Assembly: GCA_033442325.1 (NCBI GenBank)
Contig: JAWQFM010000009.1
Coordinates: 566,817-612,553 of the forward strand
Length of the DNA stretch: 45,737 nucleotides
Source: Salpingoeca rosetta
Taxonomy: Eukaryota > Protista > Choanoflagellata
Direction of reading: 5' to 3'
The notes under the pieces were generated by a model that saw only the letters and a list, made by a program, of their open reading frames with translations, did not search any database and had not been told where the DNA came from. The translations under genes and the position numbers were made by a program. Positions 1-17,879 of the stretch are shown here, one piece after another (the first letter of the stretch is position 1; each line of letters opens with the position of its first letter).

Positions 1-899
1 CGCGGCCGTGTGGGCCCGACATCATGTTGGCCCGACATCATGGTGTCAAGTCGGGGTCGCGGCCGTGTGGGCCCGACATCATGGTGTCAAGACGGGGTCG
101 CGGCCGTGTGGGCCCGACATCATGGTGTCAAGACGGGGTCGCGGCCGTGTGGGCCCGACATCATGGTGTCAAGTCGGGGTCGCGGCCGTGTGGACCCGAC
201 ATCATGTTGGCCCGACATCATGGTGTCAAGTCGGGGTCGCGGCCGTGTGGGCCCGACATCATGGTGTCAAGACGGGGTCGCGGCCGTGTGGGCCCGACAT
301 CATGGTGTCAAGTCGGGGTCGCAGCCGTGTGGGCCCGACATCATGTTGGCCCGACATCATGGTGTCAAGTCGGGGTCGCGGCCGTGTGGGCCCGACATCA
401 TGTTGGCCCGACATCATGGTGTCAAGTCGGGGTCGCGGCCGTGTGGGCCCGACATCATGGTGTCAAGTCGGGGTCGCAGCCGTGTGGGCCCGACATCATG
501 TTGGCCCGACATCATGGTGTCAAGTCGGGGTCGCGGCCGTGTGGGCCCGACATCATGTTGGCCCGACATCATGGTGTCAAGTCGGGGTCGCGGCCGTGTG
601 GGCCCGACATCATGGTGTCAAGACGGGGTCGCGGCCGTGTGGGCCCGACATCATGGTGTCAAGACGGGGTCGCGGCCGTGTGGGCCCGACATCATGGTGT
701 CAAGTCGGGGTCGCGGCCGTGTGGACCCGACATCATGGTGTCAAGTCGGGGTCGCGGCCGTGTGGGCCCGACATCATGGTGTCAAGTCGGGGTCGCGGCC
801 GTGTGGGCCCGTCATCATGGTGTCAAGTCGGGGTCGCGGCCCAAGACGGGGTCGCAGCCGTGGGCCCGACATCATGGTGTCAAGTCGGGGTCGCGGCCG
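1..899. repeat. GC/CpG-rich minisatellite; 41-bp unit CGCGGCCGTGTGGGCCCGACATCATGGTGTCAAG(T/A)CGGGGT, with 57-bp variants carrying an extra TTGGCCCGACATCATG
   Basis: About 20 head-to-tail units start at 1, 58, 99, 140, 181, 238, 279, 320, 377, 434, 475, 532, 589, 630, 671, 712, 753, 794, 835 (truncated) and 853. There are no unique spacers, and the array runs off the left edge of the window. Confidence 0.97.
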
Positions 900-959
900 A
901 GCTTTTCTGTTCAAGACATTCGCCATTTCTCTGCAAATCAGCCAAGCAAAGCAAGCACG

Positions 960-1629
960 ATGTCGACAGAACAGCGGTCGTGGTGGAGGGAGGTGTGGAA
1001 GGTGCACAAGGATAAAGATGTGCGAGTTGAGTTTGCACTGCGGCGAAGGGAGCAGCAGCAAGGGGATGAAGATGAGCGTGGCCAGCAGCAGAGCAGGGCG
1101 GAGGCGGTCGAGGGTGATGACGATGTGTTGGGAGACTTGATGGAGACCAACGGCGAGGTTCACGGAAACATGTTTGGCGCACTCGGCTCCCGATTTGAGC
1201 ACGTGTGCCTGCACTTCGTGCTTCGTCCCAACATCTGGCCGCACAACCAGGCCATCGCGGATCTGCCCCGGCTCACCCCATTGCAGGTGCTGCGGTATGG
1301 GCTTGGTGAGGGCGATGACGATGACGAGGATGATGATGACGAGGATTGGGAGGATATGGACGAAGATGAGGATTGGGACGACGAGAACGACGATGAGTGG
1401 GATGATGAGAATGATGACAGCGACGATGATGGCTGGGACGAGGACGAGGAACATGAGGAAGGCGAGGAGGATGAGGGTGAAGATGAGGATGATGACATTG
1501 CGGACTTTGAATTTGAGCGAGTGGGTGCCCAGGATGGTGCTGGCATTGCTGATCTCTTGGCTGCTCATGCAGCAGCACAACGACAGCGACAACAGCAAGA
1601 CCAGCAACAACAGCAACAACAACAACAGC

Positions 1630-1705
<76 letters not shown>

Positions 1706-3536
1706 GGAGCAGCAAGAACAACAGGAAGATGGTCAGGCAGACCAACAGCAGCCACAGGAGCAGCAAGAGCAGCAAGAGCAAGAAGAAGGTGGGGAGCAGC
1801 TCGGCCAGCGCCAACGGCTGCTCAACGCAATGCTGGCGATGCTGCCCGAGGGCTTCCGCAACATTGCGCGCCAGCGCGTGGCCGGGCTTGTAAACGCCGG
1901 TGGCAATGACGATGGTGATGGCAATGATAATGGTGACGCCCGCAACGACGGTGGAGACGAAGTGGGGGGTGAGTTTGCGGGCATGAGTCGTCGGGAGCGT
2001 TGGCGTGCACTGCTGGGTCAGCGGGACGCCGCACAACAGCACGAGCTGCAGCAGCAAGACATGAACACGTGGCATGAGCGGCCGCCGTTGCTGTATGTGG
2101 TGGGTGACATTGACTGCCAGCACCTGACACAGCACGACGACGGGCGGGTGGTGCTTGATAGCCTGTGGACCCCCGGCACGACCACGCTGGTTGATCTGTT
2201 CTTGGCGCTGCAGTCGCTCCTGCTCACGCCACAGGACCACGGCCTGCTCGGCACCAGGGCACTCGTACTTGCAAGTACGACCGCGGAGTGCAGCACGTGC
2301 GGCCACGTAGGCAGTGTGCCGGAGAGGTGGAGGCCGCAGCCGTCGGATGCGCGCCACCTGGGCACGCCCCCAGCACCAGACACGGGCGCGCTGGACAAGG
2401 AGGATGCGCTGCTCGCTGGCGACGAGATTGTGACGATTGACGGCATTGTAACGCAGGCCGAACGCCAGGCCATCCTCGATGACATCAAGTGCTATGTCAC
2501 CCTGGAGACGATGCTGGACAGCGAGCCAGGGACGGTGTTTGGGTTTGGGCTGACCGTCGACTACTTCCACAACGGCGTTGTGCGCGGCATCACGTCCCCC
2601 TGCGAGTACATGACGTGGGATGCGTTTGAGGGCGGTGCACGACGTGGCATGTACAAGCTGCCGCTCATGGCGTTTCTCCCGCTGTACCTCACTCGCGAGC
2701 ACGCCGAGCGCGCGTACCCTTTGCTGGAGTACATGCTCAACCGCCTGTCGCACACGGTGAGCGACTGCCCCGTGCCGGGCATCAACCACTATGTGCCGAA
2801 GCCAGACAAGCTGCGCACGCTCGCCAACATGCTCAACTCGACTGTCGTGTCTGCAATGAAGGCCGAGGCCGAGGGCAGCACGGAGCAAGCGCGGCGGCGC
2901 GATGTGCTGGCCCAGCCGCTCTCCCTTCGCCTGCTTGAGGGCTTCCACCAGATGGTGCGCGTGGTCAAGTTTGTTCTGGACAACGACCCGCCACTGCAGG
3001 CGGAGCTGGACGCGATGATGGACCGGTTTGTGTCGGCGCCCCCGGAGCAGCGCACCAAGGCGCACTTCCGCAACCTTGGCGAGCTGCTGGCCCTCGTCCC
3101 CTTCTCGCGCTTCCGGTGGGAGGACATTATCGAGGCGTATGTGCAGGAGAGCATGGTGCGCGGGGTGCGGTGGTACGTGGAGGAGCACCCACAGCTGCTT
3201 GACGAGGACTTGCCTGCGGACGAGCGGGCCAGCCTGGTGTTTGCGGCCATGCGTGTGTCGCGGACGCTGCTGTGCTTCCAGGCGTTTTTCGTGCGGAATG
3301 TGGCGCAGCGGGCGTCGTTTGACGACGTGCTGTTCAGCAGCGATGCGCGGTGTGGGCGGCTGCCGTCCTCGCTTGCTGGGGAGATGATGAGCATGACCCG
3401 CCAGGTGCACGCGCACCAAACCTGGAACGACTACTTCAACTTTATTGGCCACCCGCCCACGGACGCCGATACGCTCCAGGCCATGCTTCTCTCTGCCCTC
3501 CGCAGCTCCCAGCAGCTCGGCTACCACTCCACCTGA
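960..3536 (+). CDS. Ubiquitin-conjugating-enzyme (UBC/E2)-like protein, about 858 aa, with the UBC fold split by an acidic/polyQ insert and a long C-terminal domain; probably catalytically inactive
   Basis: Apparently single exon, ATG 960 to TGA 3534-3536. HGNMFGALGSRFEHVCLHFVLRP resembles the first half of a UBC domain and PPLLYVV...GRVVLDSLWTPGTTTLVDLFLALQSLL the second half. These are followed by CSTCGH and a domain (FLPLYLTREHAERA...NLGELLAL...RGVRW...SRTLLCFQ) that I recall from extended E2s of protists and fungi. Confidence 0.7.
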
Positions 3537-3565
3537 TCCTCTCTATTCATGTTGTTGTTCTCTCT

Positions 3566-3670
<105 letters not shown>

Positions 3671-3675
3671 GTGTG

Positions 3676-3708
<33 letters not shown>

Positions 3709-3836
3709 GAAGCGCTTTTGCTCTTTGCTTGCTTCCCTTGCCGTCTTTCGCCTGCGCTTGTGTCGCGACTGGATTCAGTCGATCGTTCGCAATAAAAGCC
3801 TTTCAATTCCACTGCACCAAAGCACAAAGCACAACC

Positions 3837-4108
3837 ATGGCGGATATCGAGGCAACCACTGCCGCTGCTCCCACCGAGGAGGTCGTGTTTGGAGACCATG
3901 TTCGCAATTGCTTGTGTGCTTTGATTGTCGCATACTGCTTCTTGCTGTGTCGCATCAACATTATTAACCTTTTATTGGTGAAGAAGTGCACCTGGCAACC
4001 CTTTACGCCGTTCACGCGATTGTTTCATGAGGTGTCATCCACTGCTTCTTCCGCCCCATCTTACTCACACACACACACACGCACACACACACACGCACAC
4101 GCACACGC

Positions 4109-4154
<46 letters not shown>

Positions 4155-4595
4155 ACACACACACTAGGCAATCATGGACGCCAAGGCGGACGAGCAGCAA
4201 CAGAAGCCAGAGGAAACAAGCGACAAGCCCGAAGAAGCACCAGCCGCAACAGCGACAACAACAACAACAACGACAACAACAACAACAACAGAAGCGGGCG
4301 CCGCGGATGGCGAGGAACAGAAGAAGGAGATGAGTGAGGACGACGACGACGACGAAGATGACGACACCGAGCGCCGTCGCCGCGGTGCACGTGATACATC
4401 GCCCACATCCAAGCCACAGTCGGAGATCCAGGCGTTCAAAGTTGATCGGGAGAAGACGTGCCCGTTGCTGCTGCGTGTCTTCACACGGTTCCGGGGCCAC
4501 AACCGTCTTGACGATTACCGCGGCAAGCGCGTGCCATCCAACGAGTTGCAGATGTACACATGGTCAGTCCACCGTCCTTGGATGCATGTGATCGT

Positions 4596-4634
<39 letters not shown>

Positions 4635-4650
4635 TTTGTTTGTGTGTGCT

Positions 4651-4683
<33 letters not shown>

Positions 4684-5870
4684 TTAACTCCGCCTGTCTT
4701 TCCTGCGCCGTCCACGCAACCTGCAGGATGGATGCCTCCCTCAAGGAGCTGTCTGTGCTGATCAAGGAAGTGAACCTGCAGGCGCGCCGCAAGGGCACAA
4801 AGTTCCTTTTCTCCGCAGTCTACTTCAACAAGTGCGATGCCATGTCTGCGTTTGCACATGTGTGTTGCGGTTGCGGTTGTGTGTGGGTGTTTTTTTTTTT
4901 TGTTTTTTTTTTTGGTTGCGGCTGCATCTGTACAACTCTTGAGGGCTGTGCGTGCGTGTGAACCACCCCCTGCCATACCTTCCCCAAGTCCCCACACCGT
5001 GCCTCTCGTGCTTGTGCCTCTCCAGCCGTGGGCAGGGCGCCATGCGTGACCTCGGTGTTGTCATCAACGGCGAGAAGGTACATTGGCTTTCCGGCTCGCC
5101 TCCGTCTTTTGTCCTGGCCAATGATCATGCCCGCATACCGCTTGCCTTGTTTTGAATGTCTCCATGTGTGTCTCTCACCGTGTAGACCGGCGTATCTGCC
5201 TTGCTATTTCTTCATTCATCTTCCTTAAACCCCACGCCTGTGTGTCTGTCTGTCTGTCTGTCTGTGTGTGTGCAGACTGGTGACGATGAGAGGACGCTCA
5301 AGTCGGTCAACTTCCGCATTGGCGACTATGTCGACCTCGCCATCATCCCCGCCGACCGGTAAGATGTGAATGTCATGAGGCTCTATGGGGAGGGGGACTT
5401 TTCATTTCGTTTCATTCCTTTTGCTCTAATCCCCCATACCAACAACTCACCCATCACACAACACAACACAAAACAACACCACAAAACAACACAACACACT
5501 ATCAACACACTATCAACACCGCACCCCACACAAACAACACCTCACACCACACCACCACACAACACACCACCATGACACCGCCACCAGCCGCGGTGCTCCG
5601 CCTGCTGCCCGCCACAGCGACCGCCCCTCCATCCACGACCGCCTTGGCCGCCGACCATCAGATCCCCTGCGCCGCCCCCGGGACTTCCATGACCACCGCG
5701 ACCGCGACCGTGGCCGTGACCGTGGGTTTGACCGTGACTTTGATCGTGATCGTCGTGCGTATGAGCGTGTGCGCGGCGGGCGTGAGCGCAGCCCTGGTCG
5801 CCGTCGCCGCCTCGACGACTATGATGCCCGCCCCCGCAGGCGGCCGTTCGACACCCACGACCGGCGCTGA
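3837..5870 (+). CDS. SAP18: Sin3-associated protein SAP18 (ASAP/PSAP complex subunit) with an acidic N-terminal extension and an RD/RS-like C-terminal tail
   Basis: Phase-consistent exons are 3837-3881, 4168-4562, 4727-4831, 5026-5077, 5276-5358 and 5588-5870. They give VDREKTCPLLLRVF...ELQMYTWMDASLKEL...DDERTLKSVNFRIGDYVDLAI, which are hallmark SAP18 motifs. Confidence 0.93.
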
Positions 5871-6347
5871 TCAACACACACACACGCACACGCGCCACAC
5901 GCGCGCACGCGATTGCTTGGGGGAACGTGCGAAATATTGGAGGGTGGTGTTTTGATGTTGTGGAGTGTGCAGTTTGCTGTGTTCTGTTGTGTTCTGGTTG
6001 ATTTGTGTCTTTGTCGCAATACAGCTCCCGTTGGCTGGGACATTCGCTGTTGGCCCTGCCGGCTGCTTGTTCACTGGGTCAACAACACAAAACAAACCAA
6101 GGAAACACTCGACCGACGCTCAACAAAGAAGAGAGAAAGACAACAGCACACGCTCATTACAGCAAACACAAGCAAACGAACAAAGGCACACTTGCACGTG
6201 CACAACAGCAGCAGCTTTGGGCACTGCGAAGGTGCATCACGTCACTGCCGGGTCCAACAACAGCGCCAGCAGCGACACGCAACCGAGTGCCTGCAGGCAC
6301 GCCAAATGCCGCAATACACACGCGTGCGGGTGCGAGCAGCAGCGTGC

Positions 6348-6908
6348 TCATGCGTAGTACTGGAGATCCTTTTTCTTCTTGGCAGCAACCTCCACAATGG
6401 CCTCCATAAAGTCTTCGTGCGAGATGAGCGACGCCTCGCGACGCAGCGCAATCATGCCCTGCAGAACAACCCAAGTGAAACAAGTGGCGGCAGCGGTGGT
6501 GGTGGAGAAGGAGGAGAGATTTCGTGAGGACATGGAAAGCAACAGCAGACGTGAAGTGTAAGAAGGAACACGCATGTGGTGGATAGGTGTAGATGCAAAG
6601 CGACACGTGGTACAAAGGGTAACTTGCTGGCACATGACAACCACCACAACACAACTACAACAAACAAACAAAAAAAAAAAAAAAAAAAAACAAACAACAC
6701 CGTTGTGCTGAGCACTGACCGCCTCGACGCAGACGGCCTTGCACTGGGCGCCGTTGAAGTCGTCTGTGCAGCGCGCAAGCTCCTGGTAGTTCACGTCGGG
6801 GCTGGTACAAGCACGAGGGGGAGGGAGGAGGGGCGGAGTGGGTTGAGAGTTTGACGGCTCGTTCAAAGGAAATGTTCGGGGCAAGTGCGCATGCACACAC
6901 ACACACAG

Positions 6909-6939
<31 letters not shown>

Positions 6940-8632
6940 TGCACATGCACACACACACACACGCACACACACACACGCACACACACACACACACACGCAC
7001 GCACGCACAGTTTGGGGTGAGCTCACCTGACGTTCATCTGCCTGGAGTGGATCTGCATGATGCGAGCACGGGCGTCCTCGTCCGGATGGGGAAACTCAAT
7101 CTTGCGGTCGAGGCGCCCGGAGCGGAGCAGCGCAGGGTCCAGAATGTCCACGCGGTTCGTCGCAGCAATCACCTGAGTGGTGGGTGGAGGCGGTGGTGGT
7201 GAGGAAGACAATGATGAAGGTGAACGTGGGACACACACACACACACACATAAATGGCGGGCGGGGCACCTTGATGTCGTCGCTGGAGGAGAAGCCGTCAA
7301 GTTGGTTGAGCAGCTCAAGCATCGTCCGCTGCACCTCGCGGTCGCCCGCCTTCTCGCTGTCGTAACGCTGCACACACACACACACACGCACACACGCACA
7401 CACACACGCAAACACACACACACACACGCAAACACACACACACACACACATGTCAGCTCGCACGCACGCACACAATCACTCAATCCCTCCCTCAATTGCC
7501 AACAGCAAAGCCACAGCCAGACATTGAACGTCCCCCTCCCCTCCTCTTTCATTCACACAAAAACAAACAACTCAACAAACCACAGAACAACACACAGCGT
7601 GTGCCAAGTGGCGTGTACGGACCTTTGTTCCGATGGCGTCGAGCTCGTCAATGAAGATGATGGCGGGGGACTTCTCCTTGGCCAGCGCAAACGCATCGCG
7701 CACCAGCTTGGCTCCGTCGCCAATGAACATCTGGGCGGTGGAAGGCGAGCGAGGTGGGACGAACACACAAGGGTTGAGCATGGGGTGAGACGGGCGAGAA
7801 TTGGCCGGGCTAGTATGGGTGTTGATGTGCTGTTTGTCACATGTCTAAGCTCATGAAATAGGAACGCACGCAAACACACAATCAAACACACACACACACA
7901 CAACCTAACACACACATAGTACAGACAGACACAGACACAAACATGCGCACATAGGGACATCTGACCTGCACGAGCTGGGGGCCTGCGAGCTTGAGGAAGG
8001 TGGCGTTGCACTGGGCAGCGCACGCACGTGCCATGAGGGTCTTGCCGGTTCCGGGAGGGCCGTACATGAGGCAACCTTTGGGCGGCTTGATGCCGATGGC
8101 GTCGTACTTGTCCTTGTGCGTAATCGGCAGCACAACCGCCTCAATCAACTGGAATTCGAGGGAGGGAGGAGAGCAAGGGGCGTGAGCATGTGTGAGCATG
8201 TGTGAGTGTGTGTGTGTGTGTCTGTGTGTGTCTGTGTGTGTCTGTGTGTGTGTCTGTGTGTGTCTGTGTGTGTGTACGTGAATGTGTACGTGTGTGTACG
8301 TGTGCGTGAATGTGCGGGCATGATGCCGCGGCAGACGATGACTCCACACACGACCTCCCTTCCCCTCCGACACGCACACGCACACACACACACACACAAA
8401 ACCCATCGATGTGTCGTGCTGCACACCTCTCTGATCTGCTTGTCGAGGCCACCAATGTCCGTGTAGCTCTCCGTGGGCCGCTCGTCCACCTCCATCGCCT
8501 TCACCCGCGAGTCGTACTCTGGCGGCAGGCGGTCGAGGATCAGGTACGAGTCTTTGTTCACCCCCTACAGCATCACAATGCGCGTGCGTGTGCGTGCGTG
8601 TGTGCGTGTGTGCGTGTGCGTGCGTGTGTGCG

Positions 8633-8709
<77 letters not shown>

Positions 8710-10281
8710 TCATTAGCAATTGTGGGAGTGAAGTGAGTCAGTGTGGATGCATCAGCAAATTGCAATGGCTCCCGCTTTGCTTGCACAACACACGTAACCA
8801 CCACAGCAGCAAAGACCAGTGTGCAGTGAGGTGCTGACGTACAATGAGGTCGCCGGGCTTGAGCCCTTCCTTGGAGATGAGCCCGACATTCGGCAGGAAG
8901 ATCGTCTGCAGCACACACACGATGGGTGTGTTTGTGGGTGTGTGGGAGAGAGTAAAACACAAACAGACCAGGCACACGCACGCGCGCGCGCGTGCAGACA
9001 GTGTGCGGTTCACGTGGTGCACACATCGCGCATAACCGGTGCATACGGATGCCGTCACACCAAACACGGGCAGCGCATTGCGTGTCGGCTACGCTTGAGA
9101 TCAAACAGGTCGTGTTGGAGCGAGTGTGTGTGTGTGTGTGTGTGTGTGTACCTGGCGAGTGGAGGTCTTGATGACGGCGCACTTGCCCTTCTTCTGCGCA
9201 TCCGAATCCATCGACTGCCCGTCCTGCTCCTGTATCAATCACCAAACGCAACAGCGCGGCGATGCAACCGGCAACACAGCAGTCAGCGCTTGCATGGGCA
9301 GCAGAGCCCATTCATGCCCCCATTGACATCAAAGGCGCTCGCTCGCACAAGCACGCACACACACACACGTACAAACACGTACAAACACAACACACACACA
9401 CCTTGTCCTCTTCGAGGTCCAGGAGCTGGCAATCGTGCAACACACGATGGGAAGCAGACATAGTAAACACGGTGAGCACGGTGAGCAAGGTGAGCACGGT
9501 GAGCAAGGTGATCACGTGTCTCATGCCCGACACGTGGGTCAGTCCGGACAGAACAGCACAAACCCCTGAGTGTGTAGAAGTGGCAGTGCAGAGCGCGCAG
9601 GTAAAGGCGCGCGCACACACACACACACACACGGTGGCATGACCCACCTCGACAATGTTCGACACAAGATACGGCAGCTGCTTGTGCTGCTTGACCTTCT
9701 CCTCGTTCTCCTTGATCTTCTCAATCATGTTCAGGTTCTCGTGCTCCATGCGGGCAATCTCATGGTGCACAAGCTACACGCAGAACCACGGTATGTTGTG
9801 AGGAGAGCGTCATTCGTGATGGGCAGCATGCTTTCTCTCCAACAGCACACATTATCAACGTCAAGCACACGTCACGACAACCACGCACGCACACACACAC
9901 CCTGGTTTCGTCGGCGAGGAATGACGCGCGCATATCAATCTCCTCTGTGGTCCATGTGTAAACTTCCGGGTCCAGGTCGCCTCCCTGTTTGTTGTGTTGT
10001 GCGTGAGGAAGAGAAGAAATAAGAAGAAACGCATGGCAAGCGCAGTGAGCCCATCACACAACGCAACTCGCCCGTTGACAGCCAATCAACAATCAACCCC
10101 AACCCGCGCACACAACCAAACACACACACACACACACTCACACACACACACACACACCCACACACATACACACACACACAAACAAAAAACCATGGACACA
10201 ATCAACAACCGTCATCACATCTGCCCGCCTTATCATTCTGTTTCTCACCTGGGCACCCATGGCCTCCTCCAGCGTGGCCAT
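6348..10281 (-). CDS. PSMC3: 26S proteasome AAA-ATPase regulatory subunit 6A (Rpt5), about 13 exons
   Basis: Spliced exons give MATLEEAMG..., [39 protein letters not shown], Walker [34 protein letters not shown], Walker [29 protein letters not shown] and the C-terminal HbYX tail LQYYA*. Confidence 0.97.
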
Positions 10282-10710
10282 CGCGGTGTGTGCGTGTGTG
10301 TGTGTGTGTGCTTTATGTGTGTATCCGAGTGCTCTGGCGTGCTGTTGACGTACAACTTCTGTTCACTCCCTTCTCGCTCGCTCTGTGCCTGTGTCGTCTG
10401 TTCTCTGCTCCCTCTGCAGTTGTCGTTGTTCCCAAATGAACATCAGAAGCAAAGAAGCAAGAAGAGGAAGAAGCAGAGAAGAAAAAAACGATCTTGGTTC
10501 CAAGAGCAATTTTGCCTTTTGTGAGCAAAGTCAAATTTGCCCACCAACAACAGCGGCAGGCAAACACACCGCGAGAGCACACAACAAACAAGCAAGAAGA
10601 GAGTGGGTGGTGCCCGCTTGCTTGTCTGTTCCTTCCTGCCTTGCTCTCGGCTGCATCAACGCCTCACTCCAAACACACGCCGATCTCACGGTTCAGTCTC
10701 AACTACCGCC

Positions 10711-17112
<6,402 letters not shown>

Positions 17113-17704
17113 AGCGGTGCTCTGGCCTCACATTGCGCTTGCGTTCACAAAGTTAATTGCGTTTGTGTCATTCTGTGTATTGTTGTTCATGTGTGTTAAC
17201 GCTGGGGTTTCTTTCAAGCACAAACAACGTGGTTGAGTGCCATGGAGTTGAGAGTGAGTGAGAGAGATTGTGTGTGTGGGTGCGTGTGTGCGTGCGTGGG
17301 TGCGTGCGTGGGTGCCTGTATTTTGGATGTGCTTTGGGCATGTGTTCATGAGATGCTGAGTGGCTTTTGTGCATGAATGGTGCTATGGTGTTGGGTCAAT
17401 TGAACGCATATGGAATGAAGCAATGAGAGGACAGAGAAGCTGGCTGAACGGTACAATGAGTGAACACAGGCCAAGCAAGGACATACAAACGAAAGCACAC
17501 AAAACGCAGTGAGCAACAGCTGCTCAGTCAATCTGCTGCACAGACAGCAGTCCTTGGGGTCTGGGATGATGGTGGCGGTTAACGCATTAAGGGGGGGGGG
17601 GTGCACGTGAGAACACGACCACCGATCGCGCGAACATGACACACATGGCTGGCAATACATCGCACACACACTTCACACACACAGCCACACACACACACAC
17701 ACAG

Positions 17705-17799
<95 letters not shown>

Positions 17800-17879
17800 A
17801 TACACAAGTGCATGCACAAGCATACACATACCCTCACGCGTTCACTTTAACGCGCTTACACACGCATATACCCCCGCAC

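Noticed and set aside
1-899. CRISPR array
   Set aside because: The palindromic repeats are head-to-tail with no unique spacers, there are no cas genes, and the context is eukaryotic.
8-1140. Long ORFs in all three + frames over the repeat, including the N-terminal 312 aa of the 1170-aa ORF
   Set aside because: These follow from a stop-free, GC-rich 41-bp unit. The same peptide rotates through all frames, and ATG 960 is the more plausible start.
774-3527. 917-aa antisense ORF
   Set aside because: It is the shadow of a GC3-rich coding strand (polyL mirrors polyQ) and has no domain features.
9466-9511. 9-bp tandem repeat (CACGGTGAG/CAAGGTGAG) in a PSMC3 intron
   Set aside because: A short, ordinary intronic minisatellite with no evidence of function.
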